64,000 nucleotides of DNA from Candidatus Paceibacter sp. (lineage in GTDB: Bacteria > Patescibacteriota > Patescibacteriia > Magasanikbacterales > UBA922), in assembly GCA_020725175.1 (NCBI GenBank), contig DYFM01000001.1, positions 65,504 to 129,503 of the forward strand, given 5' to 3'. Positions 10,485 to 18,945 of the stretch are shown one piece after another (position 1 is the stretch's first letter; every line of letters begins with the position of its first letter). Under the pieces are notes generated by a model. That model was not told the origin of the DNA, searched no databases, and saw nothing but the letters and a program-made list of their open reading frames with translations. Both the position numbers and the translations under genes were made by a program.

Positions 10485-11945
10485 ATGCACCATATTCCCC
10501 GCACCATGAGTACACAACATCCCGACAACGCGCATCAGCCGTTTTTTGTTGAAGATACGCTTATCGGGGGAGAAGATGAAATTCAAGAAGCGTACTATGC
10601 CTACTCACACCTTGGGTGTAATGAGCAGATGTGGGATTTTGAAGGAAAAGAGGTGGATAACTTTGTTGTTAAAAAACTGCTTACTAATAATGAGCAGTTT
10701 TTTCGTGAGCATAAACTCGGAAAAAAGGTGTTTCTAACGTTTCGCGTACCAAATCCGGAGTTTGAAGCGGCTGAGGGAAAAATTTTGCTAGAAACACTGG
10801 AAAGTATTCCACGATCATATGATGCGGCCAAGTTGTTTTATGGAGAAGACATTGCACCTATTTTTGAGGTGATTTTGCCCATGACGACAAATACAAAAAG
10901 TCTCAATCGCATCTATCGTTACTATTCAGAACGAGTAGCCGGAAAGCAAGATCAGCGGTTGTTGGAACATGATATTACGATTGGTGAATGGATTGGGGAG
11001 TTTAATCCCAAACATATCAATGTAATTCCATTATTTGAAGACAAGGAGCACATGTTGAATGCTGCCAACATTTTGCGAGAATATGTTTCTGATAAACAAC
11101 TAGAGTATCAGCGCGTTTTTCTCGCTCGCTCGGATCCGGCGGTCAATTATGGCTCAATCGGTGCGGTCCTCATCAATAAAATTGCCTTGCAACGATTGTG
11201 GAACTTATCGCTCGAAGTAGGAATTCCTATCTATCCTATTCTAGGGGCCGGTTCGGCTCCATTTCGGGGAAATCTTCGACCTGCCACGGTACAAGGAATA
11301 CTCAAAGGGTATCCTAGTGTTGAAACGTACACCATTCAGTCTTCGTTTAAATTTGATAGTGCGCCGACAGTTGTGCAAAAAGCGATCGAACTACTGAATG
11401 CTCATGAACGTTCAGCACCAGTTGAAGTAGATGAGAAAAAAACGATTGATATTATTGAACGATATGCGGCGGCGTATAAAGCGCAAGTTCAGGCCCTGGC
11501 GCCCATGATCAATCAAGTCGCGCAGTTTATTCCGAAACGAAGAAAGCGAAAATTGCATATTGGATTATTTGGGTATTCGAGAAAAATGAATAATGTTACC
11601 CTGCCACGAGCGATTACGTTTACAGCGGCGTTATATTCTGTAGGACTTCCACCTGAATTGCTTGGCTTAAATGCATTGACCACAGAAGACATTCGGTATA
11701 TGAGAACAGTATATACCAATTTTGACAATGATCTTCGTGATGCCTATCGTTTTTTTGATCCGGATTGCCCATTTGTACCACCTGAACTAAAACCAGCCTT
11801 GCGACAATGTTGCACACAGTTTGCTATCGATACTGAGCATCAGATACTTGCAAAACGTATTCGTGAGCGAATGCATCATCCTGAGTCGGATGATGCACGA
11901 ACTGCTGTACTACAGGCCGCAAAGGTGCGCGGGTTTTTAGGGTAA
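10485..11945 (+). CDS. ppcA: Archaeal-type phosphoenolpyruvate carboxylase
   Basis: IPRTMSTQHPDN, MWDFEGK, RVFLARSDPAVNYG, GSAPFRG, LPRAITFTAALYSVGLPPE; ~486 aa, the archaeal-type size. Confidence 0.93.
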   Translation: MHHIPRTMSTQHPDNAHQPFFVEDTLIGGEDEIQEAYYAYSHLGCNEQMWDFEGKEVDNFVVKKLLTNNEQFFREHKLGKKVFLTFRVPNPEFEAAEGKILLETLESIPRSYDAAKLFYGEDIAPIFEVILPMTTNTKSLNRIYRYYSERVAGKQDQRLLEHDITIGEWIGEFNPKHINVIPLFEDKEHMLNAANILREYVSDKQLEYQRVFLARSDPAVNYGSIGAVLINKIALQRLWNLSLEVGIPIYPILGAGSAPFRGNLRPATVQGILKGYPSVETYTIQSSFKFDSAPTVVQKAIELLNAHERSAPVEVDEKKTIDIIERYAAAYKAQVQALAPMINQVAQFIPKRRKRKLHIGLFGYSRKMNNVTLPRAITFTAALYSVGLPPELLGLNALTTEDIRYMRTVYTNFDNDLRDAYRFFDPDCPFVPPELKPALRQCCTQFAIDTEHQILAKRIRERMHHPESDDARTAVLQAAKVRGFLG

Positions 11946-11959
11946 TCTGTATCATTTTT

Positions 11960-12727
11960 ATGAAAAAGTATCCTGATTCATTTATTCCTTCTTTACGTGA
12001 AAAGGAGAAATTGACTGAATGGTTCAAACACTATCCTTATTCTAGTGGTATAAATTTGAAAACTATCGATGGTGATAATTGGATTAAACAAGGGAAAGAT
12101 ACTTTCTCAGAAGAAATCACGGATCAAGATATAGAAAATAAACTTTTTGAATTTTGTTTAGAGAGACTTTGGACAAATATGGGTGTGCTGGTTATTGTTA
12201 GTTTTGGTGGTGGTTTTATGTATGGGATGTTAGATTTAAGAGAGAGGTTGATGAAGAAAGGGAAAGAACTAGGGATGGATCAGGTTGATGTACGAATTGT
12301 AGACTACTCGTTGACAAAGGACTTGGGTCGAAAAGGTTTGGAAGAGAAAGAAAAAAAAAGTTTGTTGACTGAAGGATATGTAAAGCTGAATGGAGGACCT
12401 CTTGAATTAAAAAACATTGATGCGATGCCTCCAGCCGACTTTATGTTTTCTGTCCTTGGTCCTTTTTTTCATGCATATTCTCTGGTGCACACAAAGGAGA
12501 TGATAGAAAAAGTTGCTTCTCGTCTTAAAAAGGGCGGTCAGGCTTTTTTTGAAATTAGTTTTATAACTAATAGTCCAAGTAATAAAACCCTTTCTTATTG
12601 GTTTGACGGAGAGCAAAAAAAAGAGTTTGAGGAATTAATGAGTAAAAAAGGTTTTACAGTGACTTTTTCAAAAACAACCGACCGCTTTGATACCTCAGGG
12701 TATGTTTCTATTATAAAATCTACGTAA
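11960..12727 (+). CDS. Hypothetical protein, class I SAM-dependent methyltransferase-like fold
   Basis: VSFGGG motif-I-like; ADFMFSV; EKVASRLKKGGQAFF. Confidence 0.5.
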   Translation: MKKYPDSFIPSLREKEKLTEWFKHYPYSSGINLKTIDGDNWIKQGKDTFSEEITDQDIENKLFEFCLERLWTNMGVLVIVSFGGGFMYGMLDLRERLMKKGKELGMDQVDVRIVDYSLTKDLGRKGLEEKEKKSLLTEGYVKLNGGPLELKNIDAMPPADFMFSVLGPFFHAYSLVHTKEMIEKVASRLKKGGQAFFEISFITNSPSNKTLSYWFDGEQKKEFEELMSKKGFTVTFSKTTDRFDTSGYVSIIKST

Positions 12728-12845
12728 TTTTTTTTCTATTGTATTTTTTCTTAGGTGTGTTATCATATGTATAGTACAATAAGTTTACGTGTAAAAAAAA
12801 TATCCAAACAATAAACCTTTTTAAAAATTGAATCATGCCTGTCAT

Positions 12846-13187
12846 ATGTTTGAATCAAGTCAAGATCTTTTATATATCGTGTTAGCACTGGCAATTTTGT
12901 GGGTGACGGTATTTCTCTGTTGGCTCTTATATCAAGCCGCGCGAGTTCTCCGCAATGCTAATAGAATTGTTGAGAGTTTGATGCATAAATTGGAACTGAT
13001 TGTGGATGCGGTGGAATTTATGAAACACAAGGTAGATGATCTTACGAGTGGAGTTGGTGCAGTGCAACGGCTTCTTGGAGGGGCTATAGAACGATTTATT
13101 GTATCAAAAGTAAGTAAAAAAATGACTGCCGATGAACCAAAGGTGAAACGGAAGGCGAGGGCTACGAGAAAGAGGGGGGATAGTTGA
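12846..13187 (+). CDS. Small membrane protein with coiled-coil tail
   Basis: One N-terminal TM helix (DLLYIVLALAILWVTVFLCWLLY), helical region, basic tail. Confidence 0.75.
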   Translation: MFESSQDLLYIVLALAILWVTVFLCWLLYQAARVLRNANRIVESLMHKLELIVDAVEFMKHKVDDLTSGVGAVQRLLGGAIERFIVSKVSKKMTADEPKVKRKARATRKRGDS

Positions 13188-13305
13188 GAATTTGGTTGGT
13201 TGGGCTTTATACGAAACTGGAAATTAGAAATTTGAAATTGGGGATTGGGTTTTGGCGATGACATATTGTGGATGAGTTGTTGGCACTACACGTAGGAGAA
13301 ATAGC

Positions 13306-13336
13306 AAAACACCGCTTACATTAGCGGTGTTTTTTT
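13306..13336. terminator. Bidirectional intrinsic terminator
   Basis: AAAACACCGCT-tacatt-AGCGGTGTTTT between convergent genes. Confidence 0.75.
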
Positions 13337-13355
13337 GTGTGGCATGTGACGTGTG

Positions 13356-13874
13356 TTATTGGATGCTTTTAACACTGGAACAAATTTTTTCTACGACGGA
13401 TTTGTTTTCAGAAAATGATTCGGTCGGAAGGGTCGAACGACAGAGGATATACCTTCCGTTTGTTTCTGTAATAATGTCGTATGAAGTGTAGAGATTGTTT
13501 TCTGAATTACTAAGGAGAAGGTACGCGCCACCATTTAGCAGTGTTCCTTCTTCAGATATTCGTGTTTCCGGATAATAGCTCAAATCAATTTTTCGATTAG
13601 CTACGGCATCAGCCAAATCGTTGGCAGAAATTTCGTCAAAGAGGACTTCAGCTCCTGCTAACCCGGTATGAAATACCACCGGAACACCAAATTCGTCATC
13701 TCCACAGCTCCACCCGGTCGGGCAAGTAAATTCAATAGACCATTCGCTGTTGGTGACGGTGGTGTCAGTTTTCATTGCGGGGACATTTTTACTCACATTG
13801 TTGGTGCTACTGCCACATCCGGCGCCAAGTAACAGAACAGCGACTATACTGATGAAAAATGTTTGGTATTTCAT
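13356..13874 (-). CDS. Putative lipoprotein (PsbP-like fold possible)
   Basis: ATG 13874, MKYQTFFISIVAVLLLGAGC lipobox; Cys pairs CPTGWSC and LCRS..KICSS. Confidence 0.75.
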   Translation of the reverse strand: MKYQTFFISIVAVLLLGAGCGSSTNNVSKNVPAMKTDTTVTNSEWSIEFTCPTGWSCGDDEFGVPVVFHTGLAGAEVLFDEISANDLADAVANRKIDLSYYPETRISEEGTLLNGGAYLLLSNSENNLYTSYDIITETNGRYILCRSTLPTESFSENKSVVEKICSSVKSIQ

Positions 13875-13899
13875 ATTCTTGAGATATATAAGTAAAAAA

Positions 13900-14379
13900 T
13901 TATTGTGCAGAAATGCCTGAACACATCGACTGGAAATCGGTTTTGACTGTTTCAAAAGAACGTTCGGGACTGTATCCGCTACAGACAACATACTCTCCGT
14001 CAGTTACTTTTTTTATGGCGCGGAAAAGATAGTTGTTGGAGTAGGTATTTTTATTGATAAAAAATTTTCCTTCGTCAAGATCGCCTTCCTCGATTAATTC
14101 GTTTCCGGGGTACTTGTAGACCTCGTCTTTTTTTTCTATAAAAAATTCATCGATGGTTTTTGGTGAGGTAAATTTCTCCATGATGAGATTTGTTTCACCG
14201 CCGGTTTTGGGAGTGATTTTTATTGAGGCATCTTTTTTGTCGGGACAATTCCAGTTGTTCTCATCACAAGTGATATTGAGATTTTGTGAAGTAACCGTCA
14301 CTGATGTTTTGCGGGTCTGAGCACAACCTGAGAGGAGGAGGGGTGGTAGCATCAGTAAAATAATAACTTGCAGTCGCAT
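13900..14379 (-). CDS. Putative lipoprotein, paralogue of the adjacent gene
   Basis: Lipobox LLSGC; CDENNWNC, YPGNELIEEG and VCSG..SMCSG mirror the neighbour. Confidence 0.75.
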   Translation of the reverse strand: MRLQVIILLMLPPLLLSGCAQTRKTSVTVTSQNLNITCDENNWNCPDKKDASIKITPKTGGETNLIMEKFTSPKTIDEFFIEKKDEVYKYPGNELIEEGDLDEGKFFINKNTYSNNYLFRAIKKVTDGEYVVCSGYSPERSFETVKTDFQSMCSGISAQ

Positions 14380-14536
14380 AGGAAAAAGTAAGTATTCATG
14401 TCAAGATTTTATCATATTTGCTGTTTCTTCGCAATGATAGTAAGGGTTGATTTTCTCGGGTTGTTCAGGTATTATGAGGACACATATTATCAGTACTATT
14501 CGCGCATTTTCGTGCTATATCCGCATATTCTGCATT

Positions 14537-17500
14537 ATGGAATTTGTTCACCTCCATGTTCATTCTCATTATTCTCTTTTAAACGGCCTTACGAAAGTGA
14601 AGTCGTTGGTTAAGGTTGCAAAAGAACGAGGCTTCAAAGCTATCGCGTTGACAGACTATGGATCCATGTATGGTGCGATTGAGTTTTATCAAAAATGTTT
14701 GGAAGAAGGGATAAAACCGATTATTGGATTTGAAGCATTTCTAGGTCCGCGCAGCCGTCATGACAAAGATCCACAGTATGATAAAGAACTGTACAGTATT
14801 GTTCTTTTGGCTGAAAACTACGATGGGTATCGCAACCTGATGAAACTTTCTTCCATTGGGCATCTCGAAGGATTTCATAATGGTAAACCACGGGTAGATA
14901 AGGAACTATTAGCAGAGCTCGGAGATAATATTATTGCTTTGTCTGGTTCTATTGACGGTGAAGTTCCGTCTCTCCTCAAGGCAGGTAAAATCGAAGAGGC
15001 TAAACAGGCGGCATTGCAATACGCGGAAATTTTTGGCTTACAAGATTTCTTTCTTGAGTTGCAGGATCATCCCGCCATCCCGGGGCAAATTGATGTGAAC
15101 ACAAAATTGATTCAGTTATCAAAAGAGACTGGTATTCCATTGGTGGTGACGCGGGATGTACATTATATGAATCCAGATGAGGCAGAGGCGCAGGATATTT
15201 TGCGCTGTATTTCAGAAGGATGGAAAGTAGATCAAGTGGATCGTGAAGATTATCGTCAAGTAGACCGATCAATGAATTCGGCAGAAGACATTGCTTCTCG
15301 ATTTCGTCATGTTCCGGAAGCAGTCGAAAATACGGTGAAGATTGCGGAGCGGGTCAATATTGAAATTGCACTCAACGTGTGGCATTTCGCGCCGGTAGAT
15401 TTACCGCCAGGAAAGACGGCTGATGAGGCATTACGAGATGAGACGTTTGAGCGAGCACCGATGTATTATCCGGAGATGGGGCAGGAAATTATTGACCGTA
15501 TTGAATATGAGCTTGATATTATTAAAACCAAGGGGTATTCACCGTACTTCATTTGTGTAGCTGATTATGTGCGATTTGCCAAAGCGAATGGTATTGTGGA
15601 ATCTACCCGTGGGTCGGCCGCCGGATCACTGGTCTCATATATTCTTGGTATTACCACCGTTGATCCGATGCGATTCAAGTTGCCATTTGAACGATTTTTG
15701 AATCCATTTCGTCCGAGTGCGCCTGATATTGATACTGACTTTGCCGATGATCGGCGTGATGACATGATCAAGTACGTGACAGAAAAATATGGCGCGGATA
15801 AAGTTGCTCAGATTATTACGTTTGGAACGATGGCAGCGAGAGCGAGTGTCCGAGACGTAGGTCGGGCGCTGGGTTTTTCCTATAGTTTTTGTGATCAGGT
15901 GGCCAAGCTCATTCCGCCCGGAGCCCAAGGGTTTCCTATGACCGTCTCGCGGGCACTAAAAGAAGAGCCGGATTTGGCAAAATTGTACGAAACAAATGCA
16001 GACGTAAAGCGTCTTCTTGACTTGGCGCAAAAAGTGGAGGGGTGCGCCCGTCATACCTCAATTCATGCTGCCGGAGTAGTGATTTCTCCTACGCCGCTAA
16101 CAGATTTTTCTCCGGTGCAACGTGAAACCGGGGGTGAGCGTATAACCACGCAATATGATATGAAATCGGTCGAGACAGCCGGGGTATTGAAAAATGATTT
16201 TTTGGGAATTCGTAACTTAGCGATACTGGGAAACGCTGTGGAAATTGTGGAAAAAACCACTGGCGATAAAGTGGATATTTATAATCTCCCTCTTGATGAT
16301 ACCAAAGTGTATGAAATGTTGGCACGCGGAGAGACTATGGGAGTGTTTCAGCTTGGTGGTTCCGGCATGACCCGTTGGCTCAAAGAACTCAAACCCAACC
16401 GGATTGAAGACATTATGGCGATGGTGGCGCTCTACCGTCCGGGGCCAATGGAATCAATTCCTGAATATATTAAGCGAAAGTACCATCCGGAATTTGTTTC
16501 ATTTTTGGATCCACGATTAGAAAAAATTCTTGACGCGTCATATGGATTACTTGTGTATCAGGATGATGTGATGTTGACGGCGATTGAACTTGCTGGTTAT
16601 GACTGGATGGAAGCGGACAAGTTTCGAAAAGCCATGGGTAAGAAAATTCCTGAGGAAATGGCGAAGCAGAAAATTCAATTTTACGAAGGTTGTGAAAAAA
16701 TCGGGAAACTCAAAAAAGAAACGATTGATGAATTGTGGCGACAGATTGAACCGTTTGCGTCGTATGGGTTTAATAAAGCTCATGCCGCAAGTTATGGAAT
16801 TGTGGCGTATCAGACTGCGTACATGAAGGCGCACTATCCGGTACAGTATATGACGGCGGTGTTGCAGGCAGAAGCTGGAGATGCCGATAAGGTCGCGGCT
16901 ATTGTGCACGAATGCCGTCGCATGGGGATCGATGTCTTGCCACCGGATATCAATGAAAGTTTCCGCAACTTTGCCATGGTGTCAAAGCCGGGTGAACCGG
17001 GACGTATTCGCTTTGGGTTGACTGCTATCAAAAACGTTGGGGAGCATATTTGTGAAGTACTCTACCAAGAGAGAAAACAACATGGCCGATATCAGAGTCT
17101 CGAAGATCTGCTTGAGCGAGTGACAGATAAAGATTTAAACAAAAAATCGGTTGAGAGTTTGATACAGGCTGGAGCGATGGATAGTTTTGGGTATGACCGG
17201 GGGCTTTTGCTGTCAAATATCGAACAAATTTTGGGATATAGTAAACAAGTGAAAGAAAAAAATGTTACTAATCAAGATTCACTGTTTGCCGGCACCAGTA
17301 TTGCGCTTGAAAGTAAGGTGACGCTCAAAGACGCTCCAAAGGCTACCATGGATGAAAAGTTAACCTGGGAAAAAAACTTGCTTGGTTTGTATGTGTCATC
17401 TCATCCGTTTGCGTATTATGAACAGGTGATGGGGAACACGATTACGCTTCTCAAAGATTTTGAAGGACATCCGCGTGATGAGTGGATTATTATTGGTGGC

Positions 17501-18034
17501 GTGATTCAAAAAATGAAAAAAATGTTGACCAAAAAGGGAACGCAGATGCTCTTTGCGACAATAGAAGATCAGACGGGATCAGTGGAAGTATTGGTTTTCC
17601 CAAAAACGTTTGAAGCGACAAAAGATGAGTGGATCGTCGGTAGAGTGGTATGTATTCTCGGAAAAACTCCAAAGGAGGAGGGGGATAATAAAGTGTTTGT
17701 AGAAAAGATGTATGTGCTTTCAAAAGAAAATGCCGAAGCCTTGGCACGACAACTGCATATGGGTTCAAGTCAGGTAAAAGCGCGGCAAGAAGATTTGGAG
17801 GAGGTGGTAGCGATTGAACCGGAGAAACAGGTGCGGCTGGTGCTGACTTCCAGTGATGTAAAAGAAAAAGCCGTCGAACTGAAAACCATTTTCGCTCAAT
17901 ATCCCGGAAAGTATCAAGTGTATATTCAGGTGGGAGCAAATACCATCAAGGCAAATGCGAAGGTGCATTGGAACGCGGAGGTAGAGGGCGCGTTACAATC
18001 TATTTTTCCAGGTCGGGAGATTGTGGTTAGTTGA
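14537..18034 (+). CDS. dnaE: DNA polymerase III alpha subunit
   Basis: PHP motif FVHLHVHSHYSLL, RGSAAGSLV, PDIDTDF, HAAGVVIS, YGFNKAHA, OB fold. Start taken at MEFVHL. Confidence 0.98.
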   Translation: MEFVHLHVHSHYSLLNGLTKVKSLVKVAKERGFKAIALTDYGSMYGAIEFYQKCLEEGIKPIIGFEAFLGPRSRHDKDPQYDKELYSIVLLAENYDGYRNLMKLSSIGHLEGFHNGKPRVDKELLAELGDNIIALSGSIDGEVPSLLKAGKIEEAKQAALQYAEIFGLQDFFLELQDHPAIPGQIDVNTKLIQLSKETGIPLVVTRDVHYMNPDEAEAQDILRCISEGWKVDQVDREDYRQVDRSMNSAEDIASRFRHVPEAVENTVKIAERVNIEIALNVWHFAPVDLPPGKTADEALRDETFERAPMYYPEMGQEIIDRIEYELDIIKTKGYSPYFICVADYVRFAKANGIVESTRGSAAGSLVSYILGITTVDPMRFKLPFERFLNPFRPSAPDIDTDFADDRRDDMIKYVTEKYGADKVAQIITFGTMAARASVRDVGRALGFSYSFCDQVAKLIPPGAQGFPMTVSRALKEEPDLAKLYETNADVKRLLDLAQKVEGCARHTSIHAAGVVISPTPLTDFSPVQRETGGERITTQYDMKSVETAGVLKNDFLGIRNLAILGNAVEIVEKTTGDKVDIYNLPLDDTKVYEMLARGETMGVFQLGGSGMTRWLKELKPNRIEDIMAMVALYRPGPMESIPEYIKRKYHPEFVSFLDPRLEKILDASYGLLVYQDDVMLTAIELAGYDWMEADKFRKAMGKKIPEEMAKQKIQFYEGCEKIGKLKKETIDELWRQIEPFASYGFNKAHAASYGIVAYQTAYMKAHYPVQYMTAVLQAEAGDADKVAAIVHECRRMGIDVLPPDINESFRNFAMVSKPGEPGRIRFGLTAIKNVGEHICEVLYQERKQHGRYQSLEDLLERVTDKDLNKKSVESLIQAGAMDSFGYDRGLLLSNIEQILGYSKQVKEKNVTNQDSLFAGTSIALESKVTLKDAPKATMDEKLTWEKNLLGLYVSSHPFAYYEQVMGNTITLLKDFEGHPRDEWIIIGGVIQKMKKMLTKKGTQMLFATIEDQTGSVEVLVFPKTFEATKDEWIVGRVVCILGKTPKEEGDNKVFVEKMYVLSKENAEALARQLHMGSSQVKARQEDLEEVVAIEPEKQVRLVLTSSDVKEKAVELKTIFAQYPGKYQVYIQVGANTIKANAKVHWNAEVEGALQSIFPGREIVVS

Positions 18035-18039
18035 GTGGT

Positions 18040-18945
18040 ATGAAAAATAACATGTTGACAATAATCGCCGGACCATGTTCCGTTGATCAGGAAAATATCG
18101 AAGACTTGTATCAGATTGCCACTCTCAACGATACAGCTCCAGTGTCTATCGCCGGTGTTCGTGTAGTGGGAGTAAAATCTCGGACCGCGTACCAAACAGA
18201 TGGTTCGGGAATGGGGATTGATGTTGCAGCGATAGAAAAAAACGCCGAGATTCTTCGTCGCGGTGGTTCGGTGGCTGATTTTCTGCCATTGCCGAGTGTT
18301 CAGATAGCTAAACGGTTTGTTCAAGATACCGGGCTTCTTGTTGCTACTGAAATAGTGAACCCGACTTTGCAGCTTCCTTCCTATGCTCAAGTAGAAGATT
18401 TTCGAGATAAGCTTCTGATCTGGAATCCAGCCGTAAATCAGCTCGGGTGGTTACTTCATGAACTAGGACGGTACGCAAATGAGTATGGCTGGCAGGTAGG
18501 TATAAAAAATGGAAAGTGGGTAGGAGAAGACGTATCCGTTGCTGAGGCAGGGGAAAAAGAAATCCCACTCGAAAAGGTTTGGTCAGGGTTGGTGAGTTAT
18601 ACCGGTCTTTCGTCTGAACGAATGACGCTTATTCATCGTGGGGTGGATGTTCCGGGAAAAGGAAATTACCGAAATGTGCCGGTGCATGGCCTGGCAGGGA
18701 GAGTAAAACAGGCTACCGGAGCGCGCCTTTTGTTTGATCCGAGTCATGTGTATGGACCAAAGATGCGGGGAAGTATTGTAGAGGAGACGGTGAAAGCGAT
18801 GGCGATGAAATTGTCTGAAGAAGAGTTTTTGTACGACGGAATGTTGATAGAGGTGGGACGATCAAAGACAGATACTGAGCAGCATATTACGGTTGCGGAA
18901 CTGCGGGAGTTGGTGGAGCGGGTGGGGGAGTTTCGGGGTTTGTGA
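18040..18945 (+). CDS. Class I DAHP/KDO8P synthase-family protein (diverged)
   Basis: IIAGPCSV, KSRT, VATEI, IKNG, IHRG, FDPSH, GMLIEV, DTEQHIT. Confidence 0.8.
   Translation: MKNNMLTIIAGPCSVDQENIEDLYQIATLNDTAPVSIAGVRVVGVKSRTAYQTDGSGMGIDVAAIEKNAEILRRGGSVADFLPLPSVQIAKRFVQDTGLLVATEIVNPTLQLPSYAQVEDFRDKLLIWNPAVNQLGWLLHELGRYANEYGWQVGIKNGKWVGEDVSVAEAGEKEIPLEKVWSGLVSYTGLSSERMTLIHRGVDVPGKGNYRNVPVHGLAGRVKQATGARLLFDPSHVYGPKMRGSIVEETVKAMAMKLSEEEFLYDGMLIEVGRSKTDTEQHITVAELRELVERVGEFRGL

Noticed and set aside
14537-18034. Intein or split in dnaE
   Set aside because: Length (~1165 aa) and motif spacing are normal; no intein splice motifs seen.
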